A stretch of 64,000 nt of DNA from contig OZ024762.1 of assembly GCA_964016885.1 (NCBI GenBank), forward strand, positions 28,830,001 through 28,894,000. The letters are read 5' to 3'. Origin of the DNA: Eledone cirrhosa (taxonomy: Eukaryota). Shown here piece by piece: positions 43,101 to 56,264 of this stretch. Within the stretch, counting starts at the first letter, position 1, and the number at the start of each line of letters is the position of its first letter. A program made the translations under genes and the position numbers. The notes under the pieces were generated by a model. The model saw only the letters and a program-made list of their open reading frames with translations, made no database searches and was not told the DNA's origin.

Positions 43101-44600
43101 ATGTACAGTATAGTGGCTATCAGACATAGTGTACCTAGGACTACATTATCTCATGTACAGTTTAGTGGCTCTCAGACTCAGTGTATCTAGGACTACATTA
43201 TCTAATGTACAGTATAGTGGCTATCAGACATAATGTACCTAGGACTACATTATCTAATGTACAGTTTAGTGGCTCGCAGACATAGTGTATCTACGACTAC
43301 ATTATATAATGTACAGTATAGTAGCTATCTGACATAGTGTATCTAGGACTACATTATCAAATGTACAGTACAGTGGCTATCAGACATAGTGTACCTAGGA
43401 CTACATTATCTAATGTACAGTATAGTGGCTATCAGACATAGTGTGCCTAGTACTACATTATCTAATGTACAGTATAGTGGCTATCAGACATAGTGTACCT
43501 AGGACTATATTATCTAATGTACAGTATAGTGGCTATCAGACATAGTGTACCTAGGACTACATTATCTAATGTACGGTATAGTGGCTATCAGAAATAGTGT
43601 ATCTAGGACTATATTAACGAATGTACAGTATAGTGGCTATCAGACATAGTGTACCTAGGACTACATTATATAATGTAGAGTATAGTATCTATCAGACATA
43701 GTGTATCTAGGACTACATTATCTAATGTACAGTATAGAGGCTGTCAGACATAGTGTATCTAGGACTACATTATCTAACGTACAGTATAGTGGCTACCAGA
43801 CATAATGTACCTAGGACTACATTATCTAATGCACAGTATAGAGGCTATCAGACATAGTGTATCTAGGACTACATTATCTAATGTACAGTATAGTTGCTGT
43901 CAGACATAGTGTACCTTGGACTACATTATCTAATGTACAGTATAGTGGCTATCAGACATAGTGTATCTAGGACTACATTATCTAATGTACAGTATAGTGG
44001 CTACAAGACATAATGTACCTAGGACTACGTTATCTAATGTACAGTATAGTGGCTATCACCATAGTGCACATAGGACTACATTATCTAATGTACTGTATAG
44101 TGGCTATCAGACATAGTGTATCTAGGACTACATTATCTAATGTACAGTATAGTAGCTATCAGACATAGTGTACCTAGGACTAGATTATCTAATGTACAGT
44201 ACGGTGGCTATCAGACATAGTGTACCTAGTACTACATTATATAATGTACAGTATAGTGGCTATCAGACATAGTGTACCTAGGACTACATTATCTAATGTG
44301 CAGTATAGTGGCTATCAGACGTAGTGTACCTAGGACTACATTATCTAATGTACAGTATAGTGGCTATCAGACATAGTGTACCTAGGACTACATTATCTAA
44401 TGTACAGTATAGTGGCTATCAGACATAATGTACCTAGGACTACATTATCTAATGTACAGTATAGTAGCTATCAGACATAGTGTATCTAGGACTACATTAT
44501 ATAATGTACAGTATAGTGGCTATCAGACATAGTGTACCTAGGTTACATTATCTAATGTACAGTATAGTGGCTATCAGACATAGTGTACCTAGTACTACAT
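40150..44600. repeat. 2267-bp higher-order duplication (44 monomers) in satellite B (boundaries approximate)
   Basis: Variant CTACGAC at 41024 and 43291; 2267 = 41x52 + 2x51 + 33, matching the short monomers seen between the markers. Confidence 0.85.
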
Positions 44601-45399
44601 TATCTAATGTACAGTATAGTAGCTATCAGACATAGTGTATCTAGGACTACATTATCTATTGTACAGTATAGTAGCTATCAGACATAGTGTACCTAGGACT
44701 ACATTATCTAATGTACAGTATAGTGGCTATCAGACATAGTGTATCTAGGACTACATTATCTATTGTACAGTATAGTGGCTATCAGACATAGTGTACCTAG
44801 GACTGCATTATCTAATATACAGTATAGTGGCTATCAGACATAGTGTACCTAGGACTACATTATCTCATGTACAGTTTAGTGGCTCTCAGACTCAGTGTAT
44901 CTAGGACTACATTATCTAATGTACAGTATAGTGGCTATCAGACATAATGTACCTAACACTACATTATCTAATGTACAGTTTAGTGGCTCGCAGACATAGT
45001 GTATCTAGGACAACATTATCGAATGTACAGTATAGTGGCTATCAGACATAATGTACCTAGGACGACATTATCTAATGTACAGTTTAGTGGCTCGCAGACA
45101 TAGTGTATCTAGGACTACATTATATAATGTACAGTATAGTGGCTATCAGACATAGTGTACCTAGGACTACATTATCTAATGTACGGTATAGTGGCTGTCA
45201 GACATAGTGTAGCTAGGACTACATTATCTAATGTACAGTATAGTGGCTACCAGACATAATGTACCTAGGACTACATTATCTAATGTACAGTATAGTGGCT
45301 ATCAGACATAATGTACCTAGGACTACATTATCTAATGTACAGTTTAGTGGCTCGCAGACATAGTGTATCTAGGACTACATTATCTAATGTACAGTATAG

Positions 45400-48300
45400 T
45401 GGCTATCAGACATAGTGTACCTAGGACTACATTATCTAATGTACAGTATAGAGGCTGTCAGACATAGTGTATCTAGGACTACATTATCTAATGTACAGTA
45501 TAGTGGCTACCAGACATAATGTACCTAGGACTACATTATCTAATGTACAGTATAGTTACTGTCAGACATAGTGTACCTTGGACTACATTATCTAATGTAC
45601 AGTATAGTGGCTACCAGACATAATGTACCTAGGACTACGTTATCTAATGTAAAGTATAGTGGCTATCACCATAGTGCACCTAGGACTACATTATCTAATG
45701 TACTGTATAGTGGCTATCAGACATAGTGTACCTAGTACTACATTATCTAATGTACAGTATAGTGGCGATCAGTCATAGTGTACCTAGGACTACATTAACT
45801 AATGTATAGTATAGTGGCTATCAGACATAGTGTACCTAGGACTACAATATCTAATGTGCAGTATAGTGGCTATCAGACGTAGTGTATCTAGGACTACATT
45901 ATCTAATGTACAGTATAGTGGCTATCAGACATAGTGTACCTAGTACTAGATTATCTAATGTACAGTACGGTGGCTATCAGACATAGTGTACCTAGGACTA
46001 CATTATATAATGTACAGTATAGTGGCTATCAGACATAGTGTACCTAGTACTACATTATCTAATGTACAGTATAGTGGCTATCAGACATAGTGTACCTAGG
46101 ACTACATTATCTAATGTATAGTAAAGTGGCTATCAAACATAGTGTATCTAGGACTACATTATCTAATGTACAGTATAGTGGCTATCAGACATAGTGTACC
46201 TAGGACTACATTATCTAATGTATAGTATAGTGGCTATCAGACATAGTGTATCTAGGACTACATTATCTAATGTACAGTATAGTGGCTATCAGACATAATG
46301 TACCTAGGACTACATTATCTAATGTACTGTATAGTGGCTATCAGACATAGTCTACCTAGGACTACATTATCTAATGTACAGTATAGTGGCTATCAGTCAT
46401 AGTGTACCTAGAACTACATTATCTAATGTACATTATAGTGGCTATCAGACATATTGTACCTAGGACTACATTATATAATGTACAGTATAGTGGCTCTCAG
46501 ACATAGTGTATCTAGGACTACATTATATAATGTACAGTATAGTGGCTATCAGACATAATGTACCTAGGACTACATTATCTAATGTACAGTATAGTGGCTA
46601 TCAGACATAGTGTACCTAGGACTACATTATCTAATGTGCAGTATAGTGGCTATCAGACGTAGTGTACCTAGGACTGCATTATCTAATGCACAGTATAGAG
46701 GCTATCAGACATAGTGTATCTAGGACTACATTATCTAATGTACAGTATAGTTGCTGTCAGACATAGTGTACCTTGGACTACATTATCTAATGTACAGTAT
46801 AGTGGCTATCAGACATAGTGTATCTAGGACTACATTATCTAATGTACAGTATAGTTGCTGTCAGACATAGTGTACCTTGGACTACATTATCTAATGTACA
46901 GTATAGTGGCTATCAGACATAGTGTATCTAGGACTACATTATCTAATGTACAGTATAGTGGCTACCAGACATAATGTACCTAGGACTACGTTATCTAATG
47001 TACAGTATAGTGGCTATCACCATAGTGCACATAGGACTACATTATCTAATGTACTGTATAGTGGCTATCAGACATAGTGTATCTAGGACTACATTATCTA
47101 ATGTACAGTATAGTAGCTATCAGACATAGTGTACCTAGGACTAGATTATCTAATGTACAGTACGGTGGCTATCAGACATAGTGTACCTAGTACTACATTA
47201 TATAATGTACAGTATAGTGGCTATCAGACATAGTGTACCTAGGACTACATTATCTAATGTGCAGTATAGTGGCTATCAGACGTAGTGTACCTAGGACTAC
47301 ATTATCTAATGTACAGTATAGTGGCTATCAGACATAGTGTACCTAGGACTACATTATCTAATGTACAGTATAGTGGCTATCAGACATAATGTACCTAGGA
47401 CTACATTATCTAACGTACAGTATAGTAGCTATCAGACATAGTGTATCTAGGACTACATTATATAATGTACAGTATAGTGGCTATCAGACATAGTGTACCT
47501 AGGTTACATTATCTAATGTACAGTATAGTGGCTATCAGACATAATGTACCTAACACTACATTATCTAATGTACAGTTTAGTGGCTCGCAGACATAGTGTA
47601 TCTAGGACTACATTATCGAATGTACAGTATAGTGGCTATCAGACATAATGTACCTAGGACGACATTATCTAATGTACAGTTTAGTGGCTCGCAGACATAG
47701 TGTATCTAGGACTACATTATATAATGTACAGTATAGTGGCTATCAGACATAGTGTGCCTAGTACTACATTATCTAATGTACAGTATAGAGGCTGTCAGAC
47801 ATAGTGTAGCTAGGACTACATTATCTAATGTACAGTATAGTGGCTACCAGACATAATGTACCTAGGACTACATTATCTAATGTACAGTATAGTTACTGTC
47901 AGACATAGTGTACCTTGGACTACATTATCTAATGTACAGTATAGTGGCTACCAGACATAATGTACCTAGGACTACATTATCTAATGCACAGTATAGAGGC
48001 TATCAGACATAATGTACCTAGGACTACATTATCTAATGTACAGTATAGTGGCTATCAGACATAATGTACCTAGGACTACATTATCTAATGTACAGTTTAG
48101 TGGCTCGCAGACATAGTGTATCTAGGACTACATTATCTAATGTACAGTATAGTGGCTATCAGACATAGTGTACCTAGGACTACATTATCTAATGTACAGT
48201 ATAGAGGCTGTCAGACATAGTGTATCTAGGACTACATTATCTAATGTACAGTATAGTGGCTACCAGACATAATGTACCTAGGACTACATTATCTAATGTA

Positions 48301-51300
48301 CAGTATAGTTACTGTCAGACATAGTGTACCTTGGACTACATTATCTAATGTACAGTATAGTGGCTATCAGACGTAGTGTATCTAGGACTACATTATCTAA
48401 TGTACAGTATAGTGGCTATCAGACATAGTGTACCTAGTACTAGATTATCTAATGTACAGTACGGTGGCTATCAGACATAGTGTACCTAGGACTACATTAT
48501 ATAATGTACAGTATAGTGGCTATCAGACATAGTGTACCTAGTACTACATTATCTAATGTACAGTATAGTGGCTATCAGACATAGTGTACCTAGGACTACA
48601 TTATCTAATGTATAGTAAAGTGGCTATCAAACATAGTGTATCTAGGACTACATTATCTAATGTACAGTATAGTGGCTATCAGACATAGTGTACCTAGGAC
48701 TACATTATCTAATGTATAGTATAGTGGCTATCAGACATAGTGTATCTAGGACTACATTATCTAATGTACAGTATAGTGGCTATCAGACATAGTGTACCTA
48801 GGACTACATTATCTAATGTACAGTATAGTGGCTATCAGACATAGTGTACCTAGGACTACATTATCTAATGTACAGTATAGAGGCTGTCAGACATAGTGTA
48901 TCTAGGACTACATTATCTAATGTACAGTATAGTGGCTACCAGACATAATGTACCTAGGACTACATTATCTAATGTACAGTATAGTTACTGTCAGACATAG
49001 TGTACCTTGGACTACATTATCTAATGTACAGTATAGTGGCTACCAGACATAATGTACCTAGGACTACGTTATCTAATGTAAAGTATAGTGGCTATCACCA
49101 TAGTGCACCTAGGACTACATTATCTAATGTACTGTATAGTGGCTATCAGACATAGTGTACCTAGTACTACATTATCTAATGTACAGTATAGTGGCGATCA
49201 GTCATAGTGTACCTAGGACTACATTAACTAATGTATAGTATAGTGGCTATCAGACATAGTGTACCTAGGACTACAATATCTAATGTGCAGTATAGTGGCT
49301 ATCAGACGTAGTGTATCTAGGACTACATTATCTAATGTACAGTATAGTGGCTATCAGACATAGTGTACCTAGTACTAGATTATCTAATGTACAGTACGGT
49401 GGCTATCAGACATAGTGTACCTAGGACTACATTATATAATGTACAGTATAGTGGCTATCAGACATAGTGTACCTAGTACTACATTATCTAATGTACAGTA
49501 TAGTGGCTATCAGACATAGTGTACCTAGGACTACATTATCTAATGTATAGTAAAGTGGCTATCAAACATAGTGTATCTAGGACTACATTATCTAATGTAC
49601 AGTATAGTGGCTATCAGACATAGTGTACCTAGGACTACATTATCTAATGTATAGTATAGTGGCTATCAGACATAGTGTATCTAGGACTACATTATCTAAT
49701 GTACAGTATAGTGGCTATCAGACATAATGTACCTAGGACTACATTATCTAATGTACTGTATAGTGGCTATCAGACATAGTCTACCTAGGACTACATTATC
49801 TAATGTACAGTATAGTGGCTATCAGTCATAGTGTACCTAGAACTACATTATCTAATGTACATTATAGTGGCTATCAGACATATTGTACCTAGGACTACAT
49901 TATATAATGTACAGTATAGTGGCTCTCAGACATAGTGTATCTAGGACTACATTATATAATGTACAGTATAGTGGCTATCAGACATAATGTACCTAGGACT
50001 ACATTATCTAATGTACAGTATAGTGGCTATCAGACATAGTGTACCTAGGACTACATTATCTAATGTGCAGTATAGTGGCTATCAGACGTAGTGTACCTAG
50101 GACTGCATTATCTAATGCACAGTATAGAGGCTATCAGACATAGTGTATCTAGGACTACATTATCTAATGTACAGTATAGTTGCTGTCAGACATAGTGTAC
50201 CTTGGACTACATTATCTAATGTACAGTATAGTGGCTATCAGACATAGTGTATCTAGGACTACATTATCTAATGTACAGTATAGTTGCTGTCAGACATAGT
50301 GTACCTTGGACTACATTATCTAATGTACAGTATAGTGGCTATCAGACATAGTGTATCTAGGACTACATTATCTAATGTACAGTATAGTGGCTACCAGACA
50401 TAATGTACCTAGGACTACGTTATCTAATGTACAGTATAGTGGCTATCACCATAGTGCACATAGGACTACATTATCTAATGTACTGTATAGTGGCTATCAG
50501 ACATAGTGTATCTAGGACTACATTATCTAATGTACAGTATAGTAGCTATCAGACATAGTGTACCTAGGACTAGATTATCTAATGTACAGTACGGTGGCTA
50601 TCAGACATAGTGTACCTAGTACTACATTATATAATGTACAGTATAGTGGCTATCAGACATAGTGTACCTAGGACTACATTATCTAATGTGCAGTATAGTG
50701 GCTATCAGACGTAGTGTACCTAGGACTACATTATCTAATGTACAGTATAGTGGCTATCAGACATAGTGTACCTAGGACTACATTATCTAATGTACAGTAT
50801 AGTGGCTATCAGACATAATGTACCTAGGACTACATTATCTAACGTACAGTATAGTAGCTATCAGACATAGTGTATCTAGGACTACATTATATAATGTACA
50901 GTATAGTGGCTATCAGACATAGTGTACCTAGGTTACATTATCTAATGTACAGTATAGTGGCTATCAGACATAATGTACCTAACACTACATTATCTAATGT
51001 ACAGTTTAGTGGCTCGCAGACATAGTGTATCTAGGACTACATTATCGAATGTACAGTATAGTGGCTATCAGACATAATGTACCTAGGACGACATTATCTA
51101 ATGTACAGTTTAGTGGCTCGCAGACATAGTGTATCTAGGACTACATTATATAATGTACAGTATAGTGGCTATCAGACATAGTGTGCCTAGTACTACATTA
51201 TCTAATGTACAGTATAGAGGCTGTCAGACATAGTGTAGCTAGGACTACATTATCTAATGTACAGTATAGTGGCTACCAGACATAATGTACCTAGGACTAC

Positions 51301-52240
51301 ATTATCTAATGTACAGTATAGTTACTGTCAGACATAGTGTACCTTGGACTACATTATCTAATGTACAGTATAGTGGCTACCAGACATAATGTACCTAGGA
51401 CTACATTATCTAATGCACAGTATAGAGGCTATCAGACATAATGTACCTAGGACTACATTATCTAATGTACAGTATAGTGGCTATCAGACATAATGTACCT
51501 AGGACTACATTATCTAATGTACAGTTTAGTGGCTCGCAGACATAGTGTATCTAGGACTACATTATCTAATGTACAGTATAGTGGCTATCAGACATAGTGT
51601 ACCTAGGACTACATTATCTAATGTACAGTATAGAGGCTGTCAGACATAGTGTATCTAGGACTACATTATCTAATGTACAGTATAGTGGCTACCAGACATA
51701 ATGTACCTAGGACTACATTATCTAATGTACAGTATAGTTACTGTCAGACATAGTGTACCTTGGACTACATTATCTAATGTACAGTATAGTGGCTATCAGA
51801 CGTAGTGTATCTAGGACTACATTATCTAATGTACAGTATAGTGGCTATCAGACATAGTGTACCTAGTACTAGATTATCTAATGTACAGTACGGTGGCTAT
51901 CAGACATAGTGTACCTAGGACTACATTATATAATGTACAGTATAGTGGCTATCAGACATAGTGTACCTAGTACTACATTATCTAATGTACAGTATAGTGG
52001 CTATCAGACATAGTGTACCTAGGACTACATTATCTAATGTATAGTAAAGTGGCTATCAAACATAGTGTATCTAGGACTACATTATCTAATGTACAGTATA
52101 GTGGCTATCAGACATAGTGTACCTAGGACTACATTATCTAATGTATAGTATAGTGGCTATCAGACATAGTGTATCTAGGACTACATTATCTAATGTACAG
52201 TATAGTGGCTATCAGACATAGTGTACCTAGGACTACATTA
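45400..52240. repeat. 3429-bp higher-order duplication (66 monomers) in satellite B (boundaries approximate)
   Basis: Variants TGTAAAGT (marker A at 45651/49080) and TACATTAACT (45791/49220) recur 3429 bp apart (66x52-3). A third partial copy of the block lies near 54571. Confidence 0.85.
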
Positions 52241-55200
52241 TCTAATGTGCAGTATAGTGGCTATCAGACGTAGTGTACCTAGTACTACATTATCTAATGT
52301 ACAGTATAGTGGCTATCAGACATAGTGTACCTAGGACTACATTATCTAATGTACAGTATAGTGGCTATCAGACATAATGTACCTAGGACTACATTCTCTA
52401 ATGTACAGTATAGTAGCTATGAGACATAGTGTATCTAGGACTACATTATATAATGTACAGTATAGTGGCTATCAGACATAGTGTACCTAGGTTACATTAT
52501 CTAATGTACAGTATAGTGGCTATCAGACATAGTGTACCTAGTACTACAGTATCTAATGTACAGTATAGTAGCTATCAGACATAGTGTACCTAGGACTGCA
52601 TTATCTAATGTACAGTATAGTGGCTATCAGACATAGTGTACCTAGGACTACATTATCTCATGTACAGTTTAGTGGCTCTCAGACTCAGTGTATCTAGGAC
52701 TACATTATCTAATGTACAGTATAGTGGCTATCAGACATAATGTACCTAACACTACATTATCTAATGTACAGTTTAGTGGCTGGCAGACATAGTGTATCTA
52801 GGACTACATTATCGAATGTACAGTATAGTGGCTATCAGACATAATGTACCTAGGACTACATTATCTAATGTACTGTATAGTGGCTATCAGACATAGTCTA
52901 CCTAGCACTACATTATCTAATGTACAGTATAGTGGCTATCAGTCATAGTGTACCTAGAACTACATTATCTAATGCACATTATAGTGGCTATCAGACATAT
53001 TGTACCTAGGACTACATTATATAATGTACAGTATAGTGGCTCTCAGACATAGTGTATCTAGGACTACATTATATAATGTACAGTATAGTGGCTATCAGAC
53101 ATAATGTACCTAGGACTACATTATCTAATGTACAGTATAGTGGCTATCAGACATAGTGTACCTAGGACTACATTATCTAATGTGCAGTATAGTGGCTATC
53201 AGACGTAGTGTACCTAGTACTACATTATCTAATGTACAGTATAGTGGCTATCAGACATAGTGTACCTAGGACTACATTATCTAATGTACAGTATAGTGGC
53301 TATCAGACATAATGTACCTAGGACTACATTATCTAATGTACAGTATAGTAGCTATCAGACATAGTGTATCTAGGACTACATTATATAATGTACAGTATAG
53401 TGGCTATCAGACATAGTGTACCTAGGTTACATTATCTAATGTACAGTATAGTGGCTATCAGACATAGTGTACCTAGTACTACATTATCTAATGTACAGTA
53501 TAGTAGCTATCAGACATAGTGTACCTAGGACTGCATTATCTAATGTACAGTATAGTGGCTATCAGACATAATGTACCTAGGACTACATTATCTAATGTAC
53601 AGTTTAGTGGCTCGCAGACATAGTGTATCTAGGACTACATTATCGAATGTACAGTATAGTGGCTATCAGACATAATGTACCTAGGAAGACATTATCTAAT
53701 GTACAGTTTAGTGGCTCGCAGACATAGTGTATCTAGGACTACATTATATAATGTACAGTATAGTGGCTATCAGACATAGTGTGCCTAGTACTACATTATC
53801 TAATGTACAGTATAGAGGCTGTCAGACATAGTGTAGCTAGGACTACATTATCTAATGTACAGTATAGTGGCTACCAGACATAATGTACCTAGGACTACAT
53901 TATCTAATGTACAGTATAGTTACTGTCAGACATAGTGTACCTTGGACTACATTATCTAATGTACAGTATAGTGGCTACCAGACATAATGTACCTAGGACT
54001 ACATTATCTAATGCACAGTATAGAGGCTATCAGACATAATGTACCTAGGACTACATTATCTAATGTACAGTATAGTGGCTATCAGACATAATGTACCTAG
54101 GACTACATTATCTAATGTACAGTTTAGTGGCTCGCAGACATAGTGTATCTAGGACTACATTATCTAATGTACAGTATAGTGGCTATCAGACATAGTGTAC
54201 CTAGGACTACATTATCTAATGTACAGTATAGAGGCTGTCAGACATAGTGTATCTAGGACTACATTATCTAATGTACAGTATAGTGGCTACCAGACATAAT
54301 GTACCTAGGACTACATTATCTAATGTACAGTATAGTTACTGTCAGACATAGTGTACCTTGGACTACATTATCTAATGTACAGTATAGTGGCTACCAGACA
54401 TAATGTACCTAGGACTACGTTATCTAATGTACAGTATAGTGGCTATCACCATAGTGCACCTAGGACTACATTATCTAATGTACTGTATAGTGGCTATCAG
54501 ACATAGTGTACCTAGTACTACATTATCTAATGTACAGTATAGTGGCGATCAGTCATAGTGTACCTAGGACTACATTAACTAATGTATAGTATAGTGGCTA
54601 TCAGACATAGTGTACCTAGGACTACATTATCTAATGTGCAGTATAGTGGCTATCAGACGTAGTGTATCTAGGACTACATTATCTAATGTACAGTATAGTG
54701 GCTATCAGACATAGTGTACCTAGTACTAGATTATCTAATGTACAGTACGGTGGCTATCAGACATAGTGTACCTAGGACTACATTATATAATGTACAGTAT
54801 AGTGGCTATCAGACATAGTGTACCTAGTACTACATTATCTAATGTACAGTATAGTGGCTATCAGACATAGTGTACATAGGACTACATTATCTAATGTATA
54901 GTAAAGTGGCTATCAAACATAGTGTATCTAGGACTACATTATCTAATGTACAGTATAGTGGCTATCAGACATAGTGTACCTAGGACTACATTATCTAATG
55001 TATAGTATAGTGGCTATCAGACATAGTGTATCTAGGACTACATTATCTAATGTACAGTATAGTGGCTATCAGACATAATGTACCTAGGACTACATTATCT
55101 AATGTACTGTATAGTGGCTATCAGACATAGTCTACCTAGCACTACATTATCTAATGTACAGTATAGTGGCTATCAGTCATAGTGTACCTAGAACTACATT

Positions 55201-55563
55201 ATCTAATGTACATTATAGTGGCTATCAGACATATTGTACCTAGGACTACATTATATAATGTACAGTATAGTGGCTCTCAGACATAGTGTATCTAGGACTA
55301 CATTATATAATGTACAGTATAGTGGCTATCAGACATAATGTACCTAGGACTACATTATCTAATGTACAGTATAGTGGCTATCAGACATAGTGTACCTAGG
55401 ACTACATTATCTAATGTGCAGTATAGTGGCTATCAGACGTAGTGTACCTAGGACTGCATTATCTAATGTACAGTATAGTGGCTATCAGACATAATGTACC
55501 TAGGACTACATTATCTAATGTGCAGTATAGTGGCTATCAGACATAGTTTACCGAGGACTACAT

Positions 55564-55574
55564 TATCTAATGTA
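55564..55574 (+). repeat. Left target-site duplication TATCTAATGTA of LINE copy 2
   Basis: The satellite register stops after TATCTAATGTA at 55574 and resumes with TATCTAATGTA at 59865, so 11 bp are present twice. Confidence 0.8.
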
Positions 55575-56264
55575 GCTGCTTCTCCTTCTTTAAGTGAAGA
55601 AGAGAGAGAACCGCGGAAATCCAAAAAACAAAATAAGAGACCCCACAAAACCCCCAAAACTCCAATCACCAACACCAACACACAACCACAGACACAAACA
55701 ACAACACAAACAACACCACAGTCAAACATCCCCCTCTCAGCAAAACCAGCACCAACACCACCCCAAACACAAGCACCCACCATAAAAAGAAAACTCCCGG
55801 ATGAACAACAAACTAAAACAATACAACAAAAACACAAACAACAATACGCATACATCAACACAAACAACAAGAGTTTGATGGAGGTCATCTCCCAAAACCA
55901 CAAGGTGGAGACGGAGGGCAAAACTTTCGTCAAGGCAGAATTGTCTCCACACCTTAAACTTATAAGGGTTTCTATGGAAACCTATAAAGACCTGAAAATT
56001 AAATTTTCACAGGACGTGGGCAACCCCTGCCACAAACCCATCAACCGCGTCCTGTTGAAAGTTTCCCCACCCCACCCAACACCCCATCCAGCACCCAAAT
56101 GGAGATTGAACAACCCGATCTCCAGGAAACGAAAAGGTAAGTGCACCTTTCGTCCTTTTTCTCCAACTTTTCTTCACCAACATGGCTGGTTTACGAGTTG
56201 GAACCGTGAATGTGCGTGGCCTAGGGATGCCCTGGAAACAGGGCGAACTTTTAAACGACCTTAG
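55575..56264 (+). pseudogene. C-terminal remnant of LINE ORF1 (low-complexity K/T/Q/P-rich region), 5'-truncated
   Basis: Open frame from the insertion junction; the ORF-track start at 55494 lies in satellite DNA and is spurious. Position just upstream of ORF2 and A/C-rich low-complexity composition fit an ORF1 tail. No zinc knuckle is retained; the true stop may be 56140. Confidence 0.6.

Larger units (their letters stand above)
37546..55574. repeat. Satellite B: 52-bp tandem array, consensus TATCTAATGTACAGTATAGTGGCTATCAGACATAGTGTACCTAGGACTACAT, about 345 copies
   Basis: Read directly; 52-bp period (ORFs at 38980 and 39032 are 52 apart); occasional 51-bp and 33-bp monomers. Confidence 0.98.

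Noticed and set aside
55494-55574. ATG in satellite giving a 256-aa satellite-ORF1 fusion (similarly the 36155 start for copy 1)
   Set aside because: The start lies in satellite DNA upstream of the insertion junction; accidental in-frame fusion with no evidence of expression.
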